Translations under genes and position numbers: made by a program | The notes under the pieces: generated by a model | The model's database searches: none | The model's input: the letters and a program-made list of their open reading frames with translations, nothing else | What the model was told of the DNA's origin: nothing | In this document: in pieces, positions 21,349 to 30,715 of the stretch | How positions within the stretch are numbered: position 1 is the stretch's first letter | Layout: the number at the start of each line of letters is the position of its first letter | Origin: an uncultured delta proteobacterium | Lineage (GTDB): Bacteria; Desulfobacterota; Desulfobacteria; Desulfobacterales; Desulfosalsimonadaceae | DNA: 64,000 nucleotides | Direction: 5' to 3' | Assembly: GCA_963826785.1 (NCBI GenBank) | Contig: CAWGYD010000006.1 | Location: forward strand, 704,001 to 768,000

Positions 21349-21720
21349 ATGAAGTCAAAATATCTCGCGCTTATATTTCTTATGATTCTGCTTGCCACAC
21401 CGGGAGCAGATTTTTATGCTTTTGACGGGGGCGGCGATACGCATCACCATAACCAGGATGCAGAATCTGACAGGCCAGCGTTCAATTTTGATTTCAATAA
21501 TACGAATGGATGTCACAGCACCCATGCTCACCCGTATATTTTGCCGCCTTCAGATGTGAACCGTCGACCATCTTTGCAGTTGGTTATTGCCAGGCCGTTA
21601 ATCCCCGATATCCAGACTTCCTTGCCCCAAAAAATACCTTCCATATTGAAGCTGCAGACTTTTTCTTTCCACTTGCCTCATGAACTTTCGTTTAAGTCAA
21701 CAACTGCGCTCCTGATTTGA
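21349..21720 (+). CDS. Hypothetical His-containing exported/membrane protein
   Basis: Hydrophobic N-terminus, THHHN and CHSTHAH; lies upstream of a metal transporter. Confidence 0.45.
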   Translation: MKSKYLALIFLMILLATPGADFYAFDGGGDTHHHNQDAESDRPAFNFDFNNTNGCHSTHAHPYILPPSDVNRRPSLQLVIARPLIPDIQTSLPQKIPSILKLQTFSFHLPHELSFKSTTALLI

Positions 21721-22034
21721 TTTCCGCTTGTATAACCACAGCCGAATTTTCTTAGTTCGGGAATTTGCCTTCAAACGGCCGGCGGCTCTGTCAGCCGTAT
21801 AAAGCCTGCCGATAAATATTTGGTTTACGGCTGCCATAGGCGAGCACGCTCAAGATGAAAAATCAGATAAAGGATTGCAGCAGAGAGCGGGGTCATAAAT
21901 CTGCCCCCCTTTTGCAAAACATCGGATTATTTGCCGGTGATTCCTTTATCCATTCAAGTTCTAAAATCGGCAATGACTAAAACAGAAATATTATCGAGTC
22001 AGATTTGAATATATAATAGAAGGACAAATCAATC

Positions 22035-23489
22035 GTGAATAAATCCAAAAGAGTTTATATCGCAACCGGCATATTTATTTCAGGCGCCGCAGTCATGCTG
22101 ATCGAGCTGGTCGGCACGCGAATTATCAGGCCTATTTTCGGTTCAGGTATTTATGTCTGGTCCGCGCTGATTTCAGTTACGCTGGCATCTCTTGCCATCG
22201 GCTACTGGATCGGTGGGCGATTGGCGGATAAAAGGCCGGTTTTTACCACGCTCTACCTTCTGTTTCTTGCCATCGGAGTTGTGATGATACCCGTTCCTTT
22301 TATTTCGGGAAGCATAATGATGCGGTGCTATGCCGCCCTGGGCAGCGTGGGCGGAGGTTTGTGCAGCACCGTTGTGCTGTTTTCAATTCCATTGATACTG
22401 CTTGGGATAGTGCCGCCGACAATGATCCGGCTTCGGGCAACGATCGTTGAAACCATCGGGGCTACCGCAGGGAGCCTTTATGCGATTTCAACTTTCGGCA
22501 GTCTTGCCGGGACATTTTTGACGGGTTTTGTGCTGATTCCAAACATCGGAAATAAGGAAATCTTTCTGTTTTGTGCCAGTATTTTAATTTCGTTCTCCGC
22601 TGTGGGCTGGATCATTTTGGAAAAAAAATTTTCTGCCGCTGCGCTTCTGGTGGTTGCTTTTCTCATCCCATCATCTGCAAAACTGGTGATGGAGCAGAAA
22701 GATGGGCTTATATTTTCAGATCAAAGCCTCTATGGCGCCATTGAAGTGGTTGACAGATATGGAGAAAGATCCCTGTTAATCGACGGCAATACGAATTCTC
22801 ATATCAGCCTGGTGCCCGGCATTGATCCGATTCAATGTGAATATGTCAGAAGGTTTTCACTGCTTCCATTATTCCGGCCCGAAAGCCGTAATGGATTATG
22901 CATCGGCATGGGGGGCGGCCTGATCCCCCGGTTGCTGTCAAGATCAGGCATTGTTTTTGACATTGTTGAAATTGACCCGGTCATCCCCCGGGTTGCCCGC
23001 GATTACTTTGGCGGCCTTCAAAACAATGAAGACGTATTTATCGCGGATGGCAGATATTTTCTAAACACGATTGATCGGCAGTATGATTTTATTGTGGTGG
23101 ACGCATCCAATATTGATCATGTGCCGTTTCATCTATACTCCAAAAATTTTTTCAACGAGGCAGCGGCCAGGCTTTCTCCGGACGGGGTATTTTCCATGAA
23201 CACTTTGGGCACCCCAAATGGCGGTCAGTTCGAAAGCATACAAACAACGCTTTCAGCCGTATTTGCCCATGTGCGTGCGTTCCGGGCCCACACAACCGAA
23301 TCATCCGGAAATGCCGTCTTTTTCGCATCCAATGCACCACTTGAATTGTCACCTGAAAAGGAGGCAGAATACCAAGTTTACGAAGCGCATTTTGAGGAAA
23401 ACGGCATCATCCTGACGGATAACTTCAATCCGATCGATGTGCTGAGCGCCAAAATCGGCCCGGCCGTAAGAGATTATCATCAAAATTAG
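22035..23489 (+). CDS. Fused MFS-like membrane domain / spermidine synthase-like protein
   Basis: Multiple TM helices with GSLYAISTFGSLAGTFLTGF; SAM-binding IGMGGG, VEIDP, ADGR, LTDNFNP. Confidence 0.9.
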   Translation: MNKSKRVYIATGIFISGAAVMLIELVGTRIIRPIFGSGIYVWSALISVTLASLAIGYWIGGRLADKRPVFTTLYLLFLAIGVVMIPVPFISGSIMMRCYAALGSVGGGLCSTVVLFSIPLILLGIVPPTMIRLRATIVETIGATAGSLYAISTFGSLAGTFLTGFVLIPNIGNKEIFLFCASILISFSAVGWIILEKKFSAAALLVVAFLIPSSAKLVMEQKDGLIFSDQSLYGAIEVVDRYGERSLLIDGNTNSHISLVPGIDPIQCEYVRRFSLLPLFRPESRNGLCIGMGGGLIPRLLSRSGIVFDIVEIDPVIPRVARDYFGGLQNNEDVFIADGRYFLNTIDRQYDFIVVDASNIDHVPFHLYSKNFFNEAAARLSPDGVFSMNTLGTPNGGQFESIQTTLSAVFAHVRAFRAHTTESSGNAVFFASNAPLELSPEKEAEYQVYEAHFEENGIILTDNFNPIDVLSAKIGPAVRDYHQN

Positions 23490-23548
23490 CATGATTCCTC
23501 CTCCCGGTATAAACGGCCCTGAAGTGGGAAGGAAACGGGACAGATGAT

Positions 23549-24556
23549 ATGATGGATACAGATCACCATCAAAACGGCCACAATCACAAACACAGCCATG
23601 GCCATACGCATGTTGCCGTTGATCCCTCTGTTCTGACTACCCAAAGAGGGATATGGGCCATCAAGTGGTCGTTTGCCGGACTGTTCGCTACGGCCGCTTT
23701 CCAGATCATTATTGTCGTGTTTTCCGGGAGCGTGGCGCTGCTGGCAGACACGATTCACAACTTTGGCGATGCCGCCACAGCTGTTCCTTTGTGGATTGCC
23801 TTTCGGCTTGCCCGCTTGAAGCCCAATGATCGATTTACCTATGGTTATGGCCGCGTGGAGGACTTGGCGGGCGCGGCAATCGTATTCACCATTCTGTTCA
23901 GCGCAGCTGTGGCAGGGTATGAGTCGATTGATCGTTTTTTTCATCCGCAGACCGTAAAACACCTCTGGGCGGTAATCCTGGCCTCAGTAATCGGATTTAT
24001 CGGCAACGAGGCCGTGGCCCAGTTTCGCATCAAGGTGGGCAAAGAGATCGGCAGCGCTGCTTTGATTGCCGACGGGCATCATGCGCGAGTCGACGGGCTC
24101 ACGAGTCTGGCCGTGCTTTTGGGTGCGGCGGGCATCTGGCTGGGATATCCGAAGGCCGATCCCGTTGTCGGTCTGCTCATTACCCTTGCGATTTTAAGAA
24201 TCGTTTGGGACTCCGGAAAATCCGTCTTCACCCGGATGATCGACGGGGTGGACCCGGAGGTTGTCGATGAAATACGGGAGGCTGTAAGTCTGACACCCGG
24301 TGTAAAAGGCATCTCCGAGGTGCGGGTAAGATGGCTGGGGCACCGGCTTCATGCAGAACTGAATATTTCCGTAAACGCTGAGCTGTCAGTTGCGAAAGGG
24401 CATGAAATCGCCAAAGAAGCGCGGCATGTCCTCCAGCATAAATTGAAATACCTCTCGAATGCCACAATCCATATTGATCCGGTTAATGCTTCGGGTGAAG
24501 CGCATCACCGGATCAATGGGCATGAGCACGATGATTTGCCAGCCCACTCACATTGA
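23549..24556 (+). CDS. Cation diffusion facilitator (CDF) metal transporter
   Basis: His-rich termini, SVALLADTIHNFGD, YGYGRVEDLAG, ADGHHARVD. Confidence 0.93.
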   Translation: MMDTDHHQNGHNHKHSHGHTHVAVDPSVLTTQRGIWAIKWSFAGLFATAAFQIIIVVFSGSVALLADTIHNFGDAATAVPLWIAFRLARLKPNDRFTYGYGRVEDLAGAAIVFTILFSAAVAGYESIDRFFHPQTVKHLWAVILASVIGFIGNEAVAQFRIKVGKEIGSAALIADGHHARVDGLTSLAVLLGAAGIWLGYPKADPVVGLLITLAILRIVWDSGKSVFTRMIDGVDPEVVDEIREAVSLTPGVKGISEVRVRWLGHRLHAELNISVNAELSVAKGHEIAKEARHVLQHKLKYLSNATIHIDPVNASGEAHHRINGHEHDDLPAHSH

Positions 24557-24575
24557 AATTTTCACTTGCAGATTG

Positions 24576-24677
24576 CTTGCCAGTGCCTGGAACAATCCCG
24601 CCTTTTCCCCTCGCATGAATATTTGATCTGGCAATCCTCCGAATGGTAATTTCTGCATTACTGCCAGACCATAGCCG
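24576..24677 (+). repeat. ~100-bp array repeat, copy 11
   Basis: CTTGCCAGTGCCTGGAACAATCCCGCCTTTTCCCCTCGCATGAATATTTGATCTGGCAATCCTC...GCATTACTGCCAGACCATAGCCG. Confidence 0.92.
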
Positions 24678-24784
24678 CATGATGCATCGCGAGTGTTTTG
24701 ATCTTGCGCCTTCATCGTGTTTGGAAAGTTCGCATGAAACGTTGCCTCAGCATATTTTTTGATAAAAAATTTCCTTGCTTGTTT

Positions 24785-24800
24785 GTACCAAAATTGGTAC
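24785..24800. promoter_or_regulatory. Palindromic operator upstream of the TA operon
   Basis: GTACCAAAATTGGTAC, 10 bp before the toxin ATG. Confidence 0.5.
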
Positions 24801-24809
24801 TTATTGTTT

Positions 24810-25160
24810 ATGAATGAATTGAAGAGACTCACTGCCAGATTTTATCGGACAGAATCCGGAGGCGAACCAGTTAGGGAGTGGTTAAGGAAACTTGGCCGGC
24901 CGGATTGCACGCTTATCGGCGAGGACATCATGACAGTGGAGTTCGGTTGGCCTATTGGAATGCTAACATGTAAACCGATGGGAAAAGGGTTGTTTGAGAT
25001 CCGGACCAACCTTCCCGGCAACCGAATTTCCCGAGTCCTATTTTGTGTCAAGGAAGGACAGATGTTTTTGCTTCATGGGTTTATCAAAAAAACTCAAAAA
25101 ACTGAAAAAGCGGATCTGGATTTGGCTTTAAAACGTAAGAATGATTTGGAGGAAAAATAA
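24810..25160 (+). CDS. RelE/ParE-superfamily (Gp49/HigB-like) toxin
   Basis: FYRTESGGEPVREWL..GWPIGM..GLFEIR..LLHGFIKKTQKT. Confidence 0.9.
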   Translation: MNELKRLTARFYRTESGGEPVREWLRKLGRPDCTLIGEDIMTVEFGWPIGMLTCKPMGKGLFEIRTNLPGNRISRVLFCVKEGQMFLLHGFIKKTQKTEKADLDLALKRKNDLEEK

Positions 25161-25162
25161 AC

Positions 25163-25450
25163 ATGAATAACAGGCATATCGGCTCAAAATTTGATGATTT
25201 CCTTCAAGAAGAAGGGATTCAGACTGAGGTGACGACCCGGGCTTTGAAAAAGGTCCTTGCCTGGCAGATCACCGAAACTATGAAAAAAGAGGGACTGAGC
25301 AAAACGAAAATGGCGGCCAGGATGAAAACCAGCCGCTCTGCGTTGGATCGGCTGCTTGATCCGGGAAATACTTCGGTTACACTCCAGACCATGGATCGAG
25401 CCGCTATAGTTTTAGGAAAGAGGCTCCATGTTGAACTTATGGATGCTTAG
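25163..25450 (+). CDS. XRE/HTH antitoxin
   Basis: HIGSKFDDFL..MAARMKTSRSALDRLLDP..SVTLQT; directly follows the toxin. Confidence 0.9.
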   Translation: MNNRHIGSKFDDFLQEEGIQTEVTTRALKKVLAWQITETMKKEGLSKTKMAARMKTSRSALDRLLDPGNTSVTLQTMDRAAIVLGKRLHVELMDA

Positions 25451-25618
25451 GGACCGTAAATACACCGGATTTATTTCCGAACCCCCTCCAATTACGATAA
25501 TCTTTCTATGTGTTCCCCTTCCGTTTTTCTATCTTTCCGCTCATTAGTGAGAACCAATGCGTCGGCCCCGGTTGCACATAACTATTCCGGCAGTATCGCA
25601 ATGCATCCGGGCAGTAAA

Positions 25619-25718
25619 CTTGCCATCCCCTGGCGCAATCCTGCTGCATTTCCCCATGAAACTTTAATCTGACAATCCTCAGCGGGCCAATTTCCGCATT
25701 ACTGGAAGACCATAGCCG
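25619..25718 (+). repeat. ~100-bp array repeat, copy 12 (recombinase-proximal)
   Basis: CTTGCCATCCCCTGGCGCAATCCTGC...CCCCATGAAACTTTAATCTGACAATCCTC...GCATTACTGGAAGACCATAGCCG. Confidence 0.92.
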
Positions 25719-25864
25719 AACTGAACCGCTTCGCGGAAATCAACTCCCCCTGCATCTCTTGCTGCTCCGGCATGAATCATCTTTTCCCCTTCAAGAGATC
25801 ATGATTATACCTTCATAATAAGTAACCGTGCTTTTCTTATAATCTTTCCCAAGGAGGTATTATC

Positions 25865-26728
25865 ATGAGTACCGATTTAAAACAGCAGTTCCTCGACCAT
25901 ATGGCCCTTCATCGCTTCTCCAGGCACACCCAGAAAAATTATATCTTGGCGGTCAAAGGATTGGCCCAATTTTACAATCAAAAGCCTGACACGCTTTCTC
26001 AGGAACAGATTCAGGCGTACCTGCTTTATCTCATACAAGAAAAAAAGCTGGCATGGGGATCAGTCAATAACATGTGCTGCGGCATCTCCTGTTTTTACAA
26101 AAACGTCCTGAAATGGGACGAAATCCAATTAAAAATTCCACCCCGGCCGAGAATCAAGAAACTGCCAACCATCTTGAGCGAGGAAGAAGTTAAGCGGCTG
26201 TTTGATGCCACAAGCAACCTGAAGCATCGAGTTTTTCTCAAAACGGTTTACAGTGCAGGCCTTCGCCTCAGCGAAGCCATTAGCCTGAGGCCGGAGCATG
26301 TCGAAAGTGATCCTTCCAGAATGATGATCCGGGTTGAGCAGGGAAAAGGGAAAAAAGACCGCTATACCATTCTTTCCCATAGCCTGCTTCCGGAACTTCG
26401 AGCCTATTGGCGTAAGTATCGGCCCGGCGAGTGGTTGTTCCCCGGGAAAAGCCCCAATCATATGGGACACAGCGCATCAGATCTATCATAAGGCAAAAAA
26501 AAAGCCGGAATTACCCGGGGCCGGGGCATCCATGCATTAAGACACTCCTTTGCGACCCACCTGCTGTATCATGGCACAGACGTATACACCGTTATGCGCC
26601 TGCTTGGCCATCGATCCCTGAAAACCACCGTAATTTACCTGCACCTTCTGCCGGAACGCATCACCCGGATCAAAAGCCCTCTTGACTATCTCTTCGAAGA
26701 AAGCGAGGGCGGCGATGAAAACCGATAA
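25865..26728 (+). CDS. Tyrosine recombinase/integrase (~285 aa, N-terminal SAM-like domain; two apparent frameshifts near 26460-26505)
   Basis: [18 protein letters not shown], then [28 protein letters not shown]; all catalytic residues present. Confidence 0.92.
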
Positions 26729-27389
26729 GGCAAAATTTGAAATGGCAGATGTGTTTCGTCTTTATGGAGACCTTTTCCGCCAGAACAATCCGGTATCCAA
26801 TGCCCAATTCAAGGTAATGAAACACATCGAAATCTGCCGGACCGCAGCACTCGGAGGACATGTCGAACAATGCAGCAGTTGTGGATTTGAACGCATTGCC
26901 TATAACTCATGCCGGGACCGGCATTGCCCCAAATGCCAAACCCTGGTCAAGGAAAAATGGCTCAATGACCGAAAAGCCGAATTGCTGCCCTGCGGATATT
27001 TTCATCTGGTTTTCACACTGCCCCATGATCTGAATCCGGTGATTCTGTGCAATAAGAAAATCGGCCTGGGCATTTTATTTGCCGCCGTAAATCAGACGCT
27101 GCAGGCTTTTGCTGCAGATCCTCAATGGCGCATTGAAGGGCAACTCGGGTTTATCCTGGTGTTACATACCTGGTCACAAACTCTGATAGATCACTTTCAT
27201 CTGCACTGCCTGATTCCGGCCGGCGCCCTTTCCTTTGAAAAAGACAGATGGATTCCCGCAAAACAGTCGTTTCTATTTCGGGTAAAGTCACTGGCCAAAG
27301 AATTCAGGAAACGATATCTCTCACTATTAAAAACGGCCCACGTTAAAAATGGTCTGATCTTTCCCGGCAATACGGCGAAGTATCGATAA
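26715..27389 (+). pseudogene. IS91-family (Y2 HUH) transposase, C-terminally truncated
   Basis: Zn-binding CRT..GGH..CSSCG..YNSCRDRHCPKCQ, HLVFTLP, LHTW..HFHLH HUH motif; stops before the YxxxY motif; overlaps the integrase stop. Confidence 0.9.
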
Positions 27390-27391
27390 TC

Positions 27392-27913
27392 ATGTTTTGC
27401 GGCATGGTTTTCATTTTAGCTGCGTGTGCCGGCCCCAAGCAGATTATTACCAATCCACTGCGTGAATTAAAAACGGATCGCCCACCTGCCATCATCATCA
27501 AGGATCGGTTTACCTTTTCCTATGAGACGGCCCGGTGCGCAAGCACGCAACAGTTCCTGGTTACGGAATCTCCGTTTACGCTGTCCCCGCCGGATAGAGC
27601 CATCCAAATTGATTTAAAGGCTTTGGTTCCCGCTCAATCCCGGCCAAAAAAGGGCACAATCTTCTCTGTATTCTTCCCTGTTAATTCCTGCGCCATAGAT
27701 CCGGATGAATCAGAAAAGCTTTCCGGTTATATCAATGAAATCAAAAACTATCCCGTCGGCCCCGTGAGCGTCACCGGATATACCTGCTGGCTTGGTCCTT
27801 TGGAATACAACCGGAAACTGGCACTGAACCGGGCCAAGGCAGTTGCTGAGATTCTTCAAAAAGCAGGTATCCGAATCGGGTACCCTGCAAATGGGGTTTT
27901 AGGTCGGAGATGA
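27392..27913 (+). CDS. OmpA-like domain lipoprotein, probably truncated at both ends
   Basis: LAAC lipobox; VTGYTCWLGPLEYNRKLALNRAKAVA. Confidence 0.7.
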   Translation: MFCGMVFILAACAGPKQIITNPLRELKTDRPPAIIIKDRFTFSYETARCASTQQFLVTESPFTLSPPDRAIQIDLKALVPAQSRPKKGTIFSVFFPVNSCAIDPDESEKLSGYINEIKNYPVGPVSVTGYTCWLGPLEYNRKLALNRAKAVAEILQKAGIRIGYPANGVLGRR

Positions 27914-27994
27914 GAATTGGCCCCCAAAAGCTCGTCGGAGCACATGATGTCTCCTGCATATTTTTTGCGCTGAACTTTTTCATTCTTTCATCAT

Positions 27995-28085
27995 ATTTCA
28001 ACGAATGCTGAAATTAACTTTATATTGAAATAAATTGACAAGATGTTAAATTTCACTGTATATTAATTTTCAACGTTTGTTGAAA
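27995..28085 (+). promoter_or_regulatory. Sigma-70 promoter flanked by two TTTCAAC-N4-G(T/C)TGAAA palindromes
   Basis: TTGACA (28035) and TATATT (28059); palindromes at 27995-28014 and 28068-28085. Confidence 0.55.
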
Positions 28086-28097
28086 TGAGGTTATATA

Positions 28098-29168
28098 ATG
28101 AAAAAATATGAAAAAGATCTTGAAAGATCTTCAAAGGCAGCACTCCTCTCCTGTCTCGCAGAAGTTCCGTTTCTCAAAATTATTGATGAGCAATCGGATC
28201 TTCGTGAAGGAAATATTCAGGCTGACCTTGCGGTTAAAATCAGGACGCCGGACAGTACGAGGCAGATCATTGCCGAGATTAAAGGCAGTGGGCAACCGCG
28301 ACTTGCTCGTGAAGCTGTAAACCAGCTGCTTCGGTATAAGGACAGGATCTCAGATGGATATTTTGTATTTATCGCACCTTTCATTTCCCCAAGGGCAGCC
28401 GATATATGCCGGTCTGAAGGCATTGGATACATTGACCTGTCCGGTAATTGTTTGTTATCATTTGATACTATATACATCAACAGGGACGGGAATCCAAATA
28501 AGTATATAGAAAATCGTGAGTTGAAATCTTTGTACTCGCCAAAAGCTGAGCGGATCCTCAGAGTCCTGTTATGCAACCCCGGCAGGAAATGGAAAGTCAA
28601 AGAACTGGCCAATGAAAGTGAAGTCAGCCTGGGCCAGGTTTCAAATGTTAGAAAGATGTTACTGGATCGTGAGTTTGTGTCCGGAGAAAGGGGCGGACTT
28701 AAAATGATCCAGCCGGCCAAGCTGTTGGAGGAATGGGCTGAAAATTACGATTACCGGCGAAACAGAATCCAGGAATATTATTCCTTGAAAAATGTTGCTG
28801 ATATAGAAAGCGCCGTGGCGGCCTACTGTGACAGCAATAAAATCCAATATGCATTAACCGGATTTTCAGGCGCCGCTCGGGTTGCCCCTGGAACCCGATA
28901 CAATAAAGCCATGATATACGTTTATGATTTCATGGGAAATGATGTATCTGAGCTTTTGCTGAAAGAGGTAAAGAGCGGGGGAAACCTCTTATTGCTGACG
29001 CCCTATGATGACGGGGTTTTTTATGGGATATCCGGAATTGATGATGTGCAGATCGCCTCAGATATACAGCTCTTTTTAGATTTGCAAGGATATCGGGGGC
29101 GCGGAGATGAAACGGCCCAAGTGCTTTTTGAAAGAATTTTGAAAAAAAATTGGTATCCAGGTTTGTGA
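28098..29168 (+). CDS. Type IV TA AbiEi-like antitoxin / transcriptional regulator
   Basis: APFISPRAADIC..GYIDLSGN, central wHTH, YALTGFSGA, QLFLDL..RGRGDETA. Confidence 0.75.
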   Translation: MKKYEKDLERSSKAALLSCLAEVPFLKIIDEQSDLREGNIQADLAVKIRTPDSTRQIIAEIKGSGQPRLAREAVNQLLRYKDRISDGYFVFIAPFISPRAADICRSEGIGYIDLSGNCLLSFDTIYINRDGNPNKYIENRELKSLYSPKAERILRVLLCNPGRKWKVKELANESEVSLGQVSNVRKMLLDREFVSGERGGLKMIQPAKLLEEWAENYDYRRNRIQEYYSLKNVADIESAVAAYCDSNKIQYALTGFSGAARVAPGTRYNKAMIYVYDFMGNDVSELLLKEVKSGGNLLLLTPYDDGVFYGISGIDDVQIASDIQLFLDLQGYRGRGDETAQVLFERILKKNWYPGL

Positions 29169-29242
29169 TTAGCCTTCAGTGATCGACTGTTTATTTTTTT
29201 TAAATTGGCTAAAGATATCTGCAATAAAAAAGGTAAATTCGC

Positions 29243-29776
29243 ATGAGAAAAAAATGTTATATTATTGCAGGACCAAATGGCGCCGGGAAAACGACATTTG
29301 CAAATGAATTTCTTCCGCGAGAAGCTGCCTGCCTCAATTTTATTAACGCAGACTTGATTGCAAAAGGCCTTTCCCCTTTTCAGCCTGAAAAAGCGGCAAT
29401 TGCCGCTGGGAAAATTATGATTCACCAAATGAATGATTATATTGCAAAAAGCAAATCATTTGCATTTGAAACAACCCTCAGCGGCAGGAATTTCGCCGGT
29501 AAAATCAGAGATTGGAAGTCCCGAAACTACGAGATTATCATTTATTATTTGAAACTGCCGTCAGTGGAATTGGCAATTGAAAGGGTGAAGTTGAGAGTCG
29601 CTCGGGGCGGGCATAATGTACCGGAACATGTAATCAGGCGCCGGTACAGCAGGAGTTGGGAGAATTTTCAACAGATTTATAAACCACTGGCTGATTCATG
29701 GATTATATTCGATACGTCCGGACAATTACCTGTAATTATCGAAGAGTCGAGGAGTATACATGGAAAAACACAATAG
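29243..29776 (+). CDS. Zeta-toxin-like P-loop ATPase/kinase
   Basis: IAGPNGAGKTT, NADLIA, FAFETTLSG, RVARGGHNVPE..IRRRY. Confidence 0.88.
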   Translation: MRKKCYIIAGPNGAGKTTFANEFLPREAACLNFINADLIAKGLSPFQPEKAAIAAGKIMIHQMNDYIAKSKSFAFETTLSGRNFAGKIRDWKSRNYEIIIYYLKLPSVELAIERVKLRVARGGHNVPEHVIRRRYSRSWENFQQIYKPLADSWIIFDTSGQLPVIIEESRSIHGKTQ

Positions 29777-29960
29777 ATATGCAATATTAGGTCTTAAGGC
29801 ATTACAACGTGCCGCTGACAAGGTGGCTGAGGACGCAAGGAAAAACAATTACAAGATACCAGTTTGGAAAAATGGCCAAATTATTTATGAAATACCGGAA
29901 GTTATCACAATTAGTACATCAATTGCGAATAAGCAGACTAAACAGAAACCCAAGCTTTGA
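29760..29960 (+). CDS. Small hypothetical partner of the zeta-like protein
   Basis: Overlaps the upstream stop; ALQRAADKVAEDAR..IPVWKNGQI. Confidence 0.6.
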   Translation: MEKHNRYAILGLKALQRAADKVAEDARKNNYKIPVWKNGQIIYEIPEVITISTSIANKQTKQKPKL

Positions 29961-30271
29961 TTTGGATGAGTTCAGGGAATTGATTGCTGAGGTCCGGAAA
30001 AATGGAAAACAAGCCGGGCTAAAAAAATCAGATATTAGGGAGGCTATTTTAAAATCCCGAGGCGAAAAGTGAAAACCGAATCTGTTTAAAATTTCTTTAA
30101 TTCCAAAGACATTAATGGATTGCAAAGCTTTATTTAAAAAATTCCGTGCAGCTTTTTCCGAAGTCGCTCCTGAAAGTCCTTTCACCGGAAAAAGTGAAGA
30201 AGAACTCATGAAAATAGCAGAAGATGCCGTTAAAGAAACACGCAAGGCAAAGAAATCAAAAAACGGTCCTT

Positions 30272-30693
30272 CATGAAATCTTGCGATTCCTTCGGCAAGC
30301 AACTCCTTTATCACTTTATTGAGTTGGCCTGAAGTCCGTTTCTGCCCTAACCTGCTTGAAATTTCTGATTTCGAAAGCATCTGTTTTGAAAGCAAATTGA
30401 TCACTCTTGTCCCGTAATAACTCTATCTGTGATTCTAGCTGCGGCTATAGCTGCCCGTTAGCCTGATTCAACAATGGTTTGAAAATTATAAGAACAGAAC
30501 CCCACCGGATCTGCCACTCCGGAAGCGGATTATTGTTCTCTTTGCACCATTCAATAATGTTTAATGTCCCGGTCCCCCATCTTTCAATGATCCCAGCTCG
30601 GTAAAATACGTTTGCAATGATAGGATTCCATGGCCTTGATTCGTGCGGTTTAAACGTCGGTATGGGCCATGCGCACCACTCTTTCAAAATCAA
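30272..30693 (-). pseudogene. RecG-C-terminal-like (HATPase_c_4/wHTH) protein remnant
   Basis: HESRPWNPIIANVFYRAGIIERWGTG and SKSEISSRLGQKRTSGQLNKVI fragments. Confidence 0.7.
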
Positions 30694-30715
30694 TCAAACA
30701 TGCAGGAGGTTGAGG

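Noticed and set aside
21054..21398. Similar minus-strand ORFs (GYGL..M...GLPDQ.FM) here and at 24548-24832 as a protein family
   Set aside because: The similarity simply reflects translation of the DNA repeat; the frame and starts are not conserved across copies.
21826..21842. TTACGGCTGCCATAGGCG resembling the repeat 3' end
   Set aside because: Short, mismatched and without the upstream boxes.
1074..25718. Interpreting the ~100-bp repeats as a CRISPR array or canonical attC sites
   Set aside because: Spacers are kb-sized genes, no cas genes are present, the copies are diverged, and they lack complementary RYYYAAC/GTTRRRY ends.
30440..30452. Reverse-strand TATAGCCGCAG resembling the repeat core
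   Set aside because: It lies inside the RecG-like remnant, which appears to continue on both sides, so there is no junction.
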